NCBI GenBank assembly: GCA_000002435.2
Contig: CM018792.1
Length of the DNA: 64,000 bases
Source of the DNA: Giardia intestinalis
Taxonomy: Eukaryota
Direction: 5' to 3' (one strand)
The notes below the pieces were generated by a model that worked only from the letters and a program-made list of their open reading frames with translations, had not been told where the DNA came from and ran no database searches. The translations under genes were made by a program, and so were the position numbers. Numbering within the stretch: the stretch's first letter is position 1; every line of letters begins with the position of its first letter. Below are positions 50,117 to 58,483 of this stretch, in pieces.

Positions 50117-50713
50117 CTAGAACGATTCCTGGAACGTTCGTGACTGTTCTTCCAGGACCACAATCGGCACGCTGACCCGCGGAGAGTAGCAAATGCGGTG
50201 GAAGACAGACCAGTCGAGGGCCCCGGAGCTCGCGATTGTCAGGTCCTGGATGAGGGGCGGGAGCTGGAGGATATCCCCGAGTAGAATGATCTTGTCGAAA
50301 GGGGCGACCAAGAAGGGCGCAAACTCGTGCTCTGAAAGGCGCGCCGCCTCCTCGACAATCAGGTACCTGCGGTGGCCACCTTCGTCTGCGATAGACGCAG
50401 TAGTACTTCTCACCAACTTGGAATGGTGGGAGATGTGATTAGAGGAAATGTGGTCATAGTCGACCAGAATGTCGTTGTAACTATTCGTTCGCGATATATG
50501 GGACCCGCCACTGAAGCAAGAAAGTTGATTGTACATTGATCTGCCATATCCACCGTAGACCTTTGAGCTACCCTTTAAGGGATCAAAGGAAAGGGAATCT
50601 TCAAGGCCATCTGTGGCCACGTCAGTGAAGTAGCGCAGATATATGCTAAATCCAGAGGTGGTGTTGACGATGATGGTCGCCGAGCTCAAGAGTTTGTGAT
50701 TGAAGAAATTCAT
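50117..50713 (-). CDS. orphan SF1B (Upf1-like) helicase core fragment covering motifs II-IV only, degenerate; possible pseudogene
   Basis: RRYLIVEEAARLSEHEFAPFLVAPFDKIILLGDILQLPPLI...ALDWSVFHRI...IVVLEEQSRTFQE aligns collinearly to Upf1 [38 protein letters not shown]...SLFERL...IRLQVQYRMHP. The DE pair (DEST) is changed to VE (VEEA) and QYRMHP to QSRTFQ. There is no Walker A and no motifs V or VI. It has its own AT-rich initiator (ccagaaaATG). Confidence 0.45.
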   Translation of the reverse strand: MNFFNHKLLSSATIIVNTTSGFSIYLRYFTDVATDGLEDSLSFDPLKGSSKVYGGYGRSMYNQLSCFSGGSHISRTNSYNDILVDYDHISSNHISHHSKLVRSTTASIADEGGHRRYLIVEEAARLSEHEFAPFLVAPFDKIILLGDILQLPPLIQDLTIASSGALDWSVFHRICYSPRVSVPIVVLEEQSRTFQESF

Positions 50714-50842
50714 TTTCTGGAACTCTAAACTCTAAATTCAAAGATTAAAGATTGGCCTCGGGATTGGGGTCGAGTGAGATTAATCTAGCGTTAAGTATGC
50801 AGTTGCCAATAGCTTTCCGTGGAGACTCAGTAGCAGATGAAT

Positions 50843-52759
50843 TTAGAGGCACGTAAATCCAAAGAAGGAAAAGATCAAAGCGTAGATGTTGTCCTCTGTC
50901 GGATATGTGGTCATTGCCTTTGTTTTTGCGTATAGCTTTTTATAGCATGATTCTATAGTTGCACCATCGCCGTTTGCTTGGGTGGAAATTGCCAGATGAA
51001 CTTCGTCTAGCTTCTTCGCTAACAACTCAGGGGAAAGGTGAAGTAGGATCTTCCCTATATGTGCTCGAAATGCACGCTCGTACTTCTGAACGTTATCACC
51101 TCGTGGTTGTGTGTCAGTAGGAGCGTTAGATGCTGCGATCTTCTGTACACCAGGGCATTCGGTGGGCACCGTGAGGCACTGTGCCTTTAGGTTCTTCTGC
51201 TTCAACGACGGTTCCTGATCGTTCTGAGTGGTTAAGAGTTGGCTGAGACACCCCAAAAACCTGTCCCCCTTGTCGTTTTTATAATAGGAGAGCTTTCCTA
51301 CAACACCATCAAGAATGTCTGAATAAGCTGTGGTCAACGGTGGAGACCGTCCACTGCAGAAGTCACAGCACCATGCTGGGTCTGTGGAATGGTCCTCAAC
51401 ACCACTATTGAAGTAATCTAACAAAACGCGGCGTCTGCACTTCCGTTGTAAGCAGAAGGAGAAGAAGCTATACAAAGAATACAACTCAAAATCGGATCCA
51501 TCTCTCTGGATACGTGTGACAGCGCCGGATACGTCTGCGCTGTCAAACAAGACAAGGCTGAGGGCTGGCTCTGAGTCACGCCCTGCTCGCCCAGACTCCT
51601 GATAGAACCCCTCCATGGAGCGGGGGATATTATAGTGAACCACTAATCTGACGTTAGATCTATCTATCCCCATGCCAAATGCAATAGTGGCAACGATTAT
51701 CTGCATGTCACTGGGGTCCCCAGCTTCTGACGTTTGCTTGCTTGAATCGTCCTTGACCCAATCCATGAGAATTTGCATCTTAGTGTCCTGGGAAAGCTTT
51801 GCATGGAAGTGCTGCGCATTAAAGCCCTCATCAGCGAGGCGCCTAGCAACGGCTTCTGTCTCGTCTCTGGTATAACAATAAACTATGACTGCACCAAGCG
51901 ATTTAGGATACTCCGCCGAACAGGACCTGTGCCTACTTCTTTGCTCAGGTCGCGTGTGCCTCGAGGCAGCAAGGCCACGGGGACCTGCTACGCATGCTTG
52001 ATAATTTTTAAGATAATCCAGAAGGAGCGCAATCTTAGACGAATTGGGCCCAACATACATGATACGATAGTAGAGATTTCTTCTATCAAACGACCTGATA
52101 AAGAGCTTAAACGAACTGTTAAGCTGCAAGCATGAGACAATGTCGATGGCCGTGTACTTTGTGGCTGTTGCCGTCAACGCTATGATTGGTATTTCAGGAA
52201 AATTTGTGCGTAGCGAAGACAGTCCACGGTAGCTAGATCGAAAGGTATTGCCCCAATCGGTTAAAACGTGACACTCATCCACTGCAATGAAGCCCACCAT
52301 GCCATTTGTCACCATGGCTTTGAGAAGATGCACAAACTCTTCAAGGCGGAATGTCTCTGGGGTGACATAGAGCAAGGAGATGGACCCAGGGTTTGTTCGC
52401 ATCCTATCGAATGCTTGAATCCGCGTATTCATGGAGGTGGAGGAGTTAACGGTGAATGCGGTGATACCAAGAGAACGAAGCTTGGTCACCTGGTCATCCA
52501 TGAGAGAAATCAACGGAGAAATGACGACCGCTGTCTTCTTGCTGTATACTGCGGCCAGCTGGTATATTAGTGATTTGCCGGCCCCTGTGGGGAAAATAAC
52601 CAACGTATCATTGCCCTCTACAATGGAGATGATTGCCTCTAGCTGCTGATCTCTGAATTGGGCCAATCCAAACACAGTGTGTAACACCTCGTGATACCTG
52701 GTTAGGTGTTCCGCTACATCTGCAGTGTGTCCATCAGAGGCATCTGTGTCTACAGACAT
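50843..52759 (-). CDS. RecQ-family DNA helicase
   Basis: FPTGAGKSLIYQL, VISPLISLMDDQV, DECH and IIALTATAT are present. The helicase-C region (IVYCYTRDETEA, IVATIAFGMGIDRSNVRLVVHYNIPRSMEGFYQESGRAGRD) and a Zn/RQC-like LLDYF...CCDFC follow. The ATG at 52757-52759 is used; the track start is TTG. Confidence 0.9.
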   Translation of the reverse strand: MSVDTDASDGHTADVAEHLTRYHEVLHTVFGLAQFRDQQLEAIISIVEGNDTLVIFPTGAGKSLIYQLAAVYSKKTAVVISPLISLMDDQVTKLRSLGITAFTVNSSTSMNTRIQAFDRMRTNPGSISLLYVTPETFRLEEFVHLLKAMVTNGMVGFIAVDECHVLTDWGNTFRSSYRGLSSLRTNFPEIPIIALTATATKYTAIDIVSCLQLNSSFKLFIRSFDRRNLYYRIMYVGPNSSKIALLLDYLKNYQACVAGPRGLAASRHTRPEQRSRHRSCSAEYPKSLGAVIVYCYTRDETEAVARRLADEGFNAQHFHAKLSQDTKMQILMDWVKDDSSKQTSEAGDPSDMQIIVATIAFGMGIDRSNVRLVVHYNIPRSMEGFYQESGRAGRDSEPALSLVLFDSADVSGAVTRIQRDGSDFELYSLYSFFSFCLQRKCRRRVLLDYFNSGVEDHSTDPAWCCDFCSGRSPPLTTAYSDILDGVVGKLSYYKNDKGDRFLGCLSQLLTTQNDQEPSLKQKNLKAQCLTVPTECPGVQKIAASNAPTDTQPRGDNVQKYERAFRAHIGKILLHLSPELLAKKLDEVHLAISTQANGDGATIESCYKKLYAKTKAMTTYPTEDNIYALIFSFFGFTCL

Positions 52760-53068
52760 AACGACTCTTCCAACGCCAAGCAAGTATGCGAGTATGGAAA
52801 GCTTGCTGGGGCAGGAAACAGGTCAAGGCCCAATTTTAATTAATCTTGCATAAGGAGGCCTGCTCTCCTACACTACACCCACTCCCGGCTTGCCTGTATA
52901 TCTTCTTTGTCCGTTCCATGCACTGGAGCATCCAGAAGAATCCAGAAGCATGAAATCCGATGCATTAAAATTATACGTTCGCTTGCTAATTTGCTATGTC
53001 CTTTAAAACAGTTTAATAATGATTATTAATAATGAAATTTTTGACAGTAAAATTTCTCCCTAGATAGC

Positions 53069-54901
53069 ATGCCAGTCCAAGGACGGATGGTTGAATTTAT
53101 ACCAGACCGGCTTTATTATGCGACCATCACCGGATCCAGTTCCGATACAGCCGATACGCATTATTTTACCACAGACTCCACGCTAGTATACTATCCTTTT
53201 GAGCAGGACTTTGGCCCCTTGAACCTGGGACAGACCTATGTGTTTTTTGCGCAGCTATCCAACAAGTTAAAGGATCCTAACTTGAAAGCGAAGAAGATCG
53301 TCTATTATTCTAGCTCAAACTTTAGCCATCGGGCCAACTCAGTGACCCTGATAGGGTTATTCATGGTTTGCGTTCTGCAGAAGTCAGCAAAAGACATTGC
53401 AGATTTAATATCCAAGAATGTCCAACCGGCTCTGGTTCCGTTTCGCGACGCGTGCATGGGTCCGTGCTCGTACGGGATGACCGTGGCTGATTGCCTGTTT
53501 GCGATGGAGAAGGCGATGAGCAAGGGTCTCTTCAACCTCAACACCTTTAAGTATGATGACTACTACTTTTATTCTCAAGTGGAAAATGGTGATCTTACGT
53601 GGATGCTTCTCGATAAATTTGTCGCGTTTGCTGGACCGGTGTCCCAGTCTCATCCGTTCTTTCGCTATCACCCCTTCACTCCGGCGTCATACATACCGCT
53701 ATTCCAGTCTAGAAACATCACGGCAGTAATACGACTCAATGAGGCCTGCTACAATAGGACAGATTTCATCAAAGCAGGGATCCACCACTATGATTTGCCA
53801 TTTCCCGACGGGTCTTGTCCGCCCGACAAGATTATAAAGCAGTTTATTGAGATTACAGACAAAGAAACGGGAGGAGTTGCTGTCCACTGCAAGGCTGGGT
53901 TAGGGAGAACGGGGTCCCTCATTGCGCTTTATATGATGCAGAGATACGACTTCACTGGCCGCGAGATCATCGCATGGCTCCGCATTCTTCGCCCTGGGTC
54001 TATATTGGGTCAGCAACAGCAGTTCCTTATATCTATGGAGAGCAAGATCAAGGCGTACTATCGGCAGAAGGCCGCTGCGGCTCAGGAGGGGAGCGCGGCT
54101 GACCAGCACGACCAGGCTGTCACTATTCCCATATCTGCGAGTCCGTCTCGGGGTACTGCAGCGCACCCAGGTTTGGGATCCAGCAACATGACTGGAGCCT
54201 TGGCTAACACTACAAGCCCAGATAGGCATGCAGCAACGTCTCGCTCTGGCGCTTCTGGATCCAACCCCATGCATTCCCCATCTCGTAGCTCTCCAACAAG
54301 GGGAGTGGTGAACTCATCGCCGTCTAGACAGCCAGATATTGCGAGGACATCCGGAACAGATAGAGTTCGACAGAAGTTAGCTGACTATCTAAAGAATTCC
54401 CCTACACGCACAGCGAACACAAGGTCGTCAAACTACGATGGGGCAACATCCAAGTCCTCCTACCAAGGCGCGTTAACAACGGGAAGAGTAGGCTCATCAG
54501 TCCGCGCTATGACCCCAGGGACGGGAGCCCCTGGGAGCCCCATGAATCTAGGCGGTGGAATGTACCCGAGTAGCGTAAATAGGCCGGGCATAGCCTCTGG
54601 GCGTGGAGGAAGGCAAGGGGCATCTGGTACATATGGAAGCGTAACCAGGGTTCCACGCACAGGCAACATGCCGCGAACTCCTGGGGTTGGTGAGCGTAAA
54701 GAGGAGATGGTTTCATATGGCTTTGGAGCCAACGGAAGGGTGCATCCAGACGTAGTGCAGACCCCTAAAAGCCAGCTCGGTAGACATACGCCCTCACGCA
54801 GTACAACGTCGTCTGTCAACGTTAAGGGTGGACGAACAAATGAGCTACCAACTCTCAAGCCTGGGCGACAGGCTGTTCGTCCGGTAACGGAAATGTATTA
54901 A
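53069..54901 (+). CDS. CDC14: CDC14 dual-specificity phosphatase with a long S/T/P/G-rich tail
   Basis: The A domain is (L)YYATITG...YYPFEQDFGPLNL. The B domain with the catalytic loop is VAVHCKAGLGRTGSLIALYMMQRYDFTGREIIAWLRILRPGSILGQQQQFL. The tail carries many S/T-P-x-R/K motifs. Confidence 0.9.
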   Translation: MPVQGRMVEFIPDRLYYATITGSSSDTADTHYFTTDSTLVYYPFEQDFGPLNLGQTYVFFAQLSNKLKDPNLKAKKIVYYSSSNFSHRANSVTLIGLFMVCVLQKSAKDIADLISKNVQPALVPFRDACMGPCSYGMTVADCLFAMEKAMSKGLFNLNTFKYDDYYFYSQVENGDLTWMLLDKFVAFAGPVSQSHPFFRYHPFTPASYIPLFQSRNITAVIRLNEACYNRTDFIKAGIHHYDLPFPDGSCPPDKIIKQFIEITDKETGGVAVHCKAGLGRTGSLIALYMMQRYDFTGREIIAWLRILRPGSILGQQQQFLISMESKIKAYYRQKAAAAQEGSAADQHDQAVTIPISASPSRGTAAHPGLGSSNMTGALANTTSPDRHAATSRSGASGSNPMHSPSRSSPTRGVVNSSPSRQPDIARTSGTDRVRQKLADYLKNSPTRTANTRSSNYDGATSKSSYQGALTTGRVGSSVRAMTPGTGAPGSPMNLGGGMYPSSVNRPGIASGRGGRQGASGTYGSVTRVPRTGNMPRTPGVGERKEEMVSYGFGANGRVHPDVVQTPKSQLGRHTPSRSTTSSVNVKGGRTNELPTLKPGRQAVRPVTEMY

Positions 54902-55367
54902 TGCCTTGTTCATGTTGTAAATGCGCAGACACAATCTTTTCCCACTCTCCTCTTTCGACGGCCTTCGCTGCATCAAGGTTCAGTGGATGCTCAAGTCCTG
55001 GTTCCTCGACAACACACAAGATAGCCATCAGTAGACTAACCAGCGTATAGCTAGGCTCATAGTCGTCCCGCAGCAAGTTTAGACAAACGCGACCATCTGA
55101 TGATACATTTGGATGGAACATTCGTCGATAGCCACAGAGAAACCGTGGAGGAATCTGCGGCCATTTGTGCGGCACGTCTACCATGAACGTTAGTTGGCGC
55201 CCTAAATACGCTCCTTTGGAAACTTTCATGGTGACATAGAAGGTGTTAATGTAGCCGCTTGATGGCAAAGTCAAGATCACTCCTGCTTCTCTACTGAGTA
55301 AGTGCAACTCCCGTAACAAGCGCTCAGTGCGTGCTCCCTCCGACAGAAACTCTGCAGTTGGCTCCAT
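54855..55367 (-). CDS. ubiquitin(-like)-conjugating enzyme E2 (UBC fold, UBE2M/F-like)
   Basis: HPNVSSDGRVCLNLLRDDYEPSYTLVSLLMAILCVVEEPGLEHPLNLDAA holds the catalytic Cys in the HPN...C context. The preferred start at 55365-55367 has a ttttaagttttttcATG initiator. The track ORF extends to 55733 and overlaps the TTLL gene. Confidence 0.8.
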   Translation of the reverse strand: MEPTAEFLSEGARTERLLRELHLLSREAGVILTLPSSGYINTFYVTMKVSKGAYLGRQLTFMVDVPHKWPQIPPRFLCGYRRMFHPNVSSDGRVCLNLLRDDYEPSYTLVSLLMAILCVVEEPGLEHPLNLDAAKAVERGEWEKIVSAHLQHEQGINTFPLPDEQPVAQA

Positions 55368-55380
55368 GAAAAAACTTAAA
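55368..55380. promoter_or_regulatory. 13 bp AT-rich divergent initiator (catGAAAAAACTTAAAatg) between the E2 and TTLL genes
   Basis: Both flanking ATGs are immediately adjacent to the A/T run. The alternative longer ORF starts lack AT-rich context. Confidence 0.5.
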
Positions 55381-57705
55381 ATGTACTCCGCCAAACCAGC
55401 CAGCAAGTCTCCACGCCGTCTTATGCGACCGCTATCAGCAAACCTGGGTGTTGCCGTTTCGTATGACATGGTAGTGATAGGGCACGGGGCGGGAGGGCAG
55501 TCAAAGTCCCACTTTTCGCGGACAGCTTCCGATGTGAAAGCACGGAGTAATAGCTCGAAGCAGCAGAAGATCACAGTATCGAGACCAAACACTTCACAGG
55601 GGAGTCTTAAAACCGTTGCTAGAACACCATTACAACGACCTGCTCCTCGGCCACGATCGACCAATTTGGCCGTACGGCCGCTCTTGACCCAAAGCCTAGC
55701 ACATGATAGAATACGTGACAAAGCACATGACAATACGGTAGAGCCAAAACTCTCGTTACCAACAGCTAACGATCTGAGGATAGCAAGTCAGGTGCTCAAG
55801 CAAACCCCTCTTCTGCGGCCCAGCACAGCTACTACAATTTCTGCTATAATGGCTAGCAGGACTTTGAGAGCACGGGGCAAAGTAGACCTAACGCCACAAC
55901 TCACAACCAAGCAGAGTGTAATTACTCCTAGCCCCACCGACACACCCGCATGCTCGCCACTCCATGCATATTGCAATATAGAGCCCTGCAGCAGTATCCT
56001 CTCCACTTCTCCACCATCAGCAACTGAATCTAGATGTGGTGCAGATGCGCCGTCTTACAAGGGGATAGATGCTCTACTCCTGCAGTTGAAGAAGGAAGCT
56101 GTCACACCCACAGAGCTCCCAAGCTCACCTACGTCAGAGCTGCCATTGACACACACCGTTTGCGGGGGTGTGTCATCGGAAAACGTTAGGGCGGAGTTTA
56201 GATTTACTGACGTGGGCAACTCAGTGGATAGCTTGGGGGCTGATCTGATGTTAGTAGCAGAACAAACCAAGAGCGATACTGTTACAGATTCCAGCCTAAT
56301 TGAGATTCAACGTGTCAACACACCACAAGCGCGTTGTAAAACGCCGAGAAGTGCAGCAAGAAGATCTGTTAGCAATCGCCTGCACCTTATCAGGCAACCC
56401 GGCTCAACCAAGTCGGCATCTGATGAGACGCTGATTAACACGGAGGAGGTAGAAAGTGGGTATCAGCTCCTCCTTTTAGAGTGCCCAACCGACATTGTAA
56501 CTACTTTTCTGATAGGGCTCGACTGGTTCCATCGAGAAAAGTCTCTGGAGACCTTCATAGTAACAAGAGGACTGGATGTGTTGCCCCCAGTATTCACCCT
56601 TGTTCATAAGTCGCACTTCTATACCTATTCTGCAATACTAAAGTACGACTTCCGGGTCTTCTGGTCGTGGCGGACCAAACTGGATCGCGACTTTTATAGC
56701 GCCTTGCACCCAGACCAGTTGGTTAACCACTTTCCAAATATCACCAATATAACGCGTAAGGACATGCTTTGGAAGGGTTATCAGCTCTTACGTACCTGCA
56801 CGCCTGCCGCCTCCAAAGCTTTGCCGGAGACCTTTCTCTTGCCAGCAGACTACCCAAAGCTGAAGGCCTATGTTGCCGGAAAAGGAGAGATGCCCCCCAG
56901 CTTCAATAGGGATTCGCTCATTTTCATAGTAAAGCCTCTTGCTCTATCACGGGGTCGCCAAATACAGCTCTTCCGGGACCCATCGGAAATAGAATACAGT
57001 GTCCCGTCCTTGGCCCAGATTTACATTACCAACGCCATGCTGATAAACCGACGCAAGGTCGACTTTCGCCTCTATGTGGGCTTGTTCTTTAACGCTCAGG
57101 AACGCTCATATAGTGCGTTCTTGTTTAGAGATGGTATCGCACGCCTCTGTAGCAGAGAGTATGATATAAATAACATCCAGTGCCTCCGTGCTCATTTGAC
57201 CAACACAAGTATCAACGGTGAGCATGAAACAGCCTTCTTGAAGGCACGGATGCCGTACACAGACGCTCTATCAATTCTCTCTGTGACATACAATGTTGAT
57301 AAGGCCATCATGGAGGCCTTAATCAAGAGAGTTATCATTATCGGCATACTAACTGGCATAGTCGGCACTTCCAATATTGGAGGTATGCATCAGATGGAGG
57401 CCTGCTTCGAGCTTTTGGGCGCCGATATATTGCTGTCATATGATGCAAAGACAAGGGCACCCCATGCACACTTGCTGGAGTTTAATGCCAGCCCGTCTTT
57501 GGCCATTAACTGCCCTCTTGACAAGGAAGTCAAGCCCAAAATAGTCTCTGCCATGCTCTCGCTCGCCGTAGCCAACGCTAGTGGCTTCCTTTCAGAATTT
57601 GCAGAGGTTATCAAGGAGCAAGTTGACCCACTAATTCCAAGCAAGCAATATGAAGTGCTACGGACATCCATCAAAAGGGGGTCAGCTTCTGGTCTCATAA
57701 TTTAA
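55381..57705 (+). CDS. tubulin-tyrosine-ligase-like (TTLL) protein with an N-terminal S/T-rich extension of about 380 aa
   Basis: The TTL domain has NHFPNITNITRKDMLWKGY, FIVKPLALSRGRQIQLF, RKVDFRLYVGLF, FLFRDGIARLC and HLTNTSIN. The stop (TAA) overlaps the stop of the convergent gene within TTAA. Confidence 0.8.
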   Translation: MYSAKPASKSPRRLMRPLSANLGVAVSYDMVVIGHGAGGQSKSHFSRTASDVKARSNSSKQQKITVSRPNTSQGSLKTVARTPLQRPAPRPRSTNLAVRPLLTQSLAHDRIRDKAHDNTVEPKLSLPTANDLRIASQVLKQTPLLRPSTATTISAIMASRTLRARGKVDLTPQLTTKQSVITPSPTDTPACSPLHAYCNIEPCSSILSTSPPSATESRCGADAPSYKGIDALLLQLKKEAVTPTELPSSPTSELPLTHTVCGGVSSENVRAEFRFTDVGNSVDSLGADLMLVAEQTKSDTVTDSSLIEIQRVNTPQARCKTPRSAARRSVSNRLHLIRQPGSTKSASDETLINTEEVESGYQLLLLECPTDIVTTFLIGLDWFHREKSLETFIVTRGLDVLPPVFTLVHKSHFYTYSAILKYDFRVFWSWRTKLDRDFYSALHPDQLVNHFPNITNITRKDMLWKGYQLLRTCTPAASKALPETFLLPADYPKLKAYVAGKGEMPPSFNRDSLIFIVKPLALSRGRQIQLFRDPSEIEYSVPSLAQIYITNAMLINRRKVDFRLYVGLFFNAQERSYSAFLFRDGIARLCSREYDINNIQCLRAHLTNTSINGEHETAFLKARMPYTDALSILSVTYNVDKAIMEALIKRVIIIGILTGIVGTSNIGGMHQMEACFELLGADILLSYDAKTRAPHAHLLEFNASPSLAINCPLDKEVKPKIVSAMLSLAVANASGFLSEFAEVIKEQVDPLIPSKQYEVLRTSIKRGSASGLII

Positions 57706-58469
57706 CCGAGGCTTTGAATACTTACAACACCTTTGCTCATAGAGCCTGTCCCGTTGCAGTAGTTGATAATTTCCCCCATCAGGCTAAACAGCATGACTCT
57801 AGAACTCATTATGCTGCTCTCCGTCTGGCCTATTGATAAGTTTAGTGCCACCTCAGAAAGAGTAGTGTGTTCTATTCTGTAATCATGCGAACGACACAAA
57901 ACAGTTCTTAATGCAAGCGCGCGTCTCATCTGAACCTTCGTGAATGACTCCAGAGATGCCTCTATAGATCCACTGGCAAGAGCTTTTCCTTGCAATGTAT
58001 TCTCTTTAGCGCAATCCAGTAAACACAGCAATACCCTCAGTGCTTCAGGAGTATGGTCCAGGTCTGTGGGCGCTCGTGATAGAAGAAGGTCGCAGGCTGA
58101 GCTTTTGAGGCTTCTATCCACAAGGACAGCATCTTGAACGCCAAGGGGCCATATGCCAGTGAAACACCGGTAGCAGAGATTTTGCAACGAAAAGACAATA
58201 GAGGCTCGATGAAAGGATAGCTCAACTAGGCATGAGAGAAGATCTGCATTCATCTCTTGAATAGCCTCAGAGGCCACTACAAACATATCGTATTCCCAGA
58301 GCGCAGGAGCAGAAAGACTAGACGCATCTACTACGGAACCCTCTATGGAGCAGCCCCGTTGCAGTTCCTGTGCAAGAAGAGATAGCCATTGCTTCACGCA
58401 TACCACACCTAGCGAACTGTCGCTGGACACAAGGAGCACTCTTGAGACGCTATTCCCCTCCACTACCAA
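57702..58469 (-). CDS. hypothetical protein; ORF has no ATG near its 5' end
   Basis: A 255-codon open frame begins with TTG/GTG, and the first ATG is codon 62. It lies 14 bp from the divergent Mpp10 gene across an AT-rich run (aaaagaaaataaataaATG). Confidence 0.3.
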   Translation of the reverse strand: MVVEGNSVSRVLLVSSDSSLGVVCVKQWLSLLAQELQRGCSIEGSVVDASSLSAPALWEYDMFVVASEAIQEMNADLLSCLVELSFHRASIVFSLQNLCYRCFTGIWPLGVQDAVLVDRSLKSSACDLLLSRAPTDLDHTPEALRVLLCLLDCAKENTLQGKALASGSIEASLESFTKVQMRRALALRTVLCRSHDYRIEHTTLSEVALNLSIGQTESSIMSSRVMLFSLMGEIINYCNGTGSMSKGVVSIQSLG

Positions 58470-58483
58470 AAGAAAATAAATAA

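Noticed and set aside
50060-50175. Possible box C/D snoRNA (GATGATGA ... CTGA)
   Set aside because: The spacing is about 108 nt with no convincing terminal stem, and the 3' box lies inside a coding ORF.
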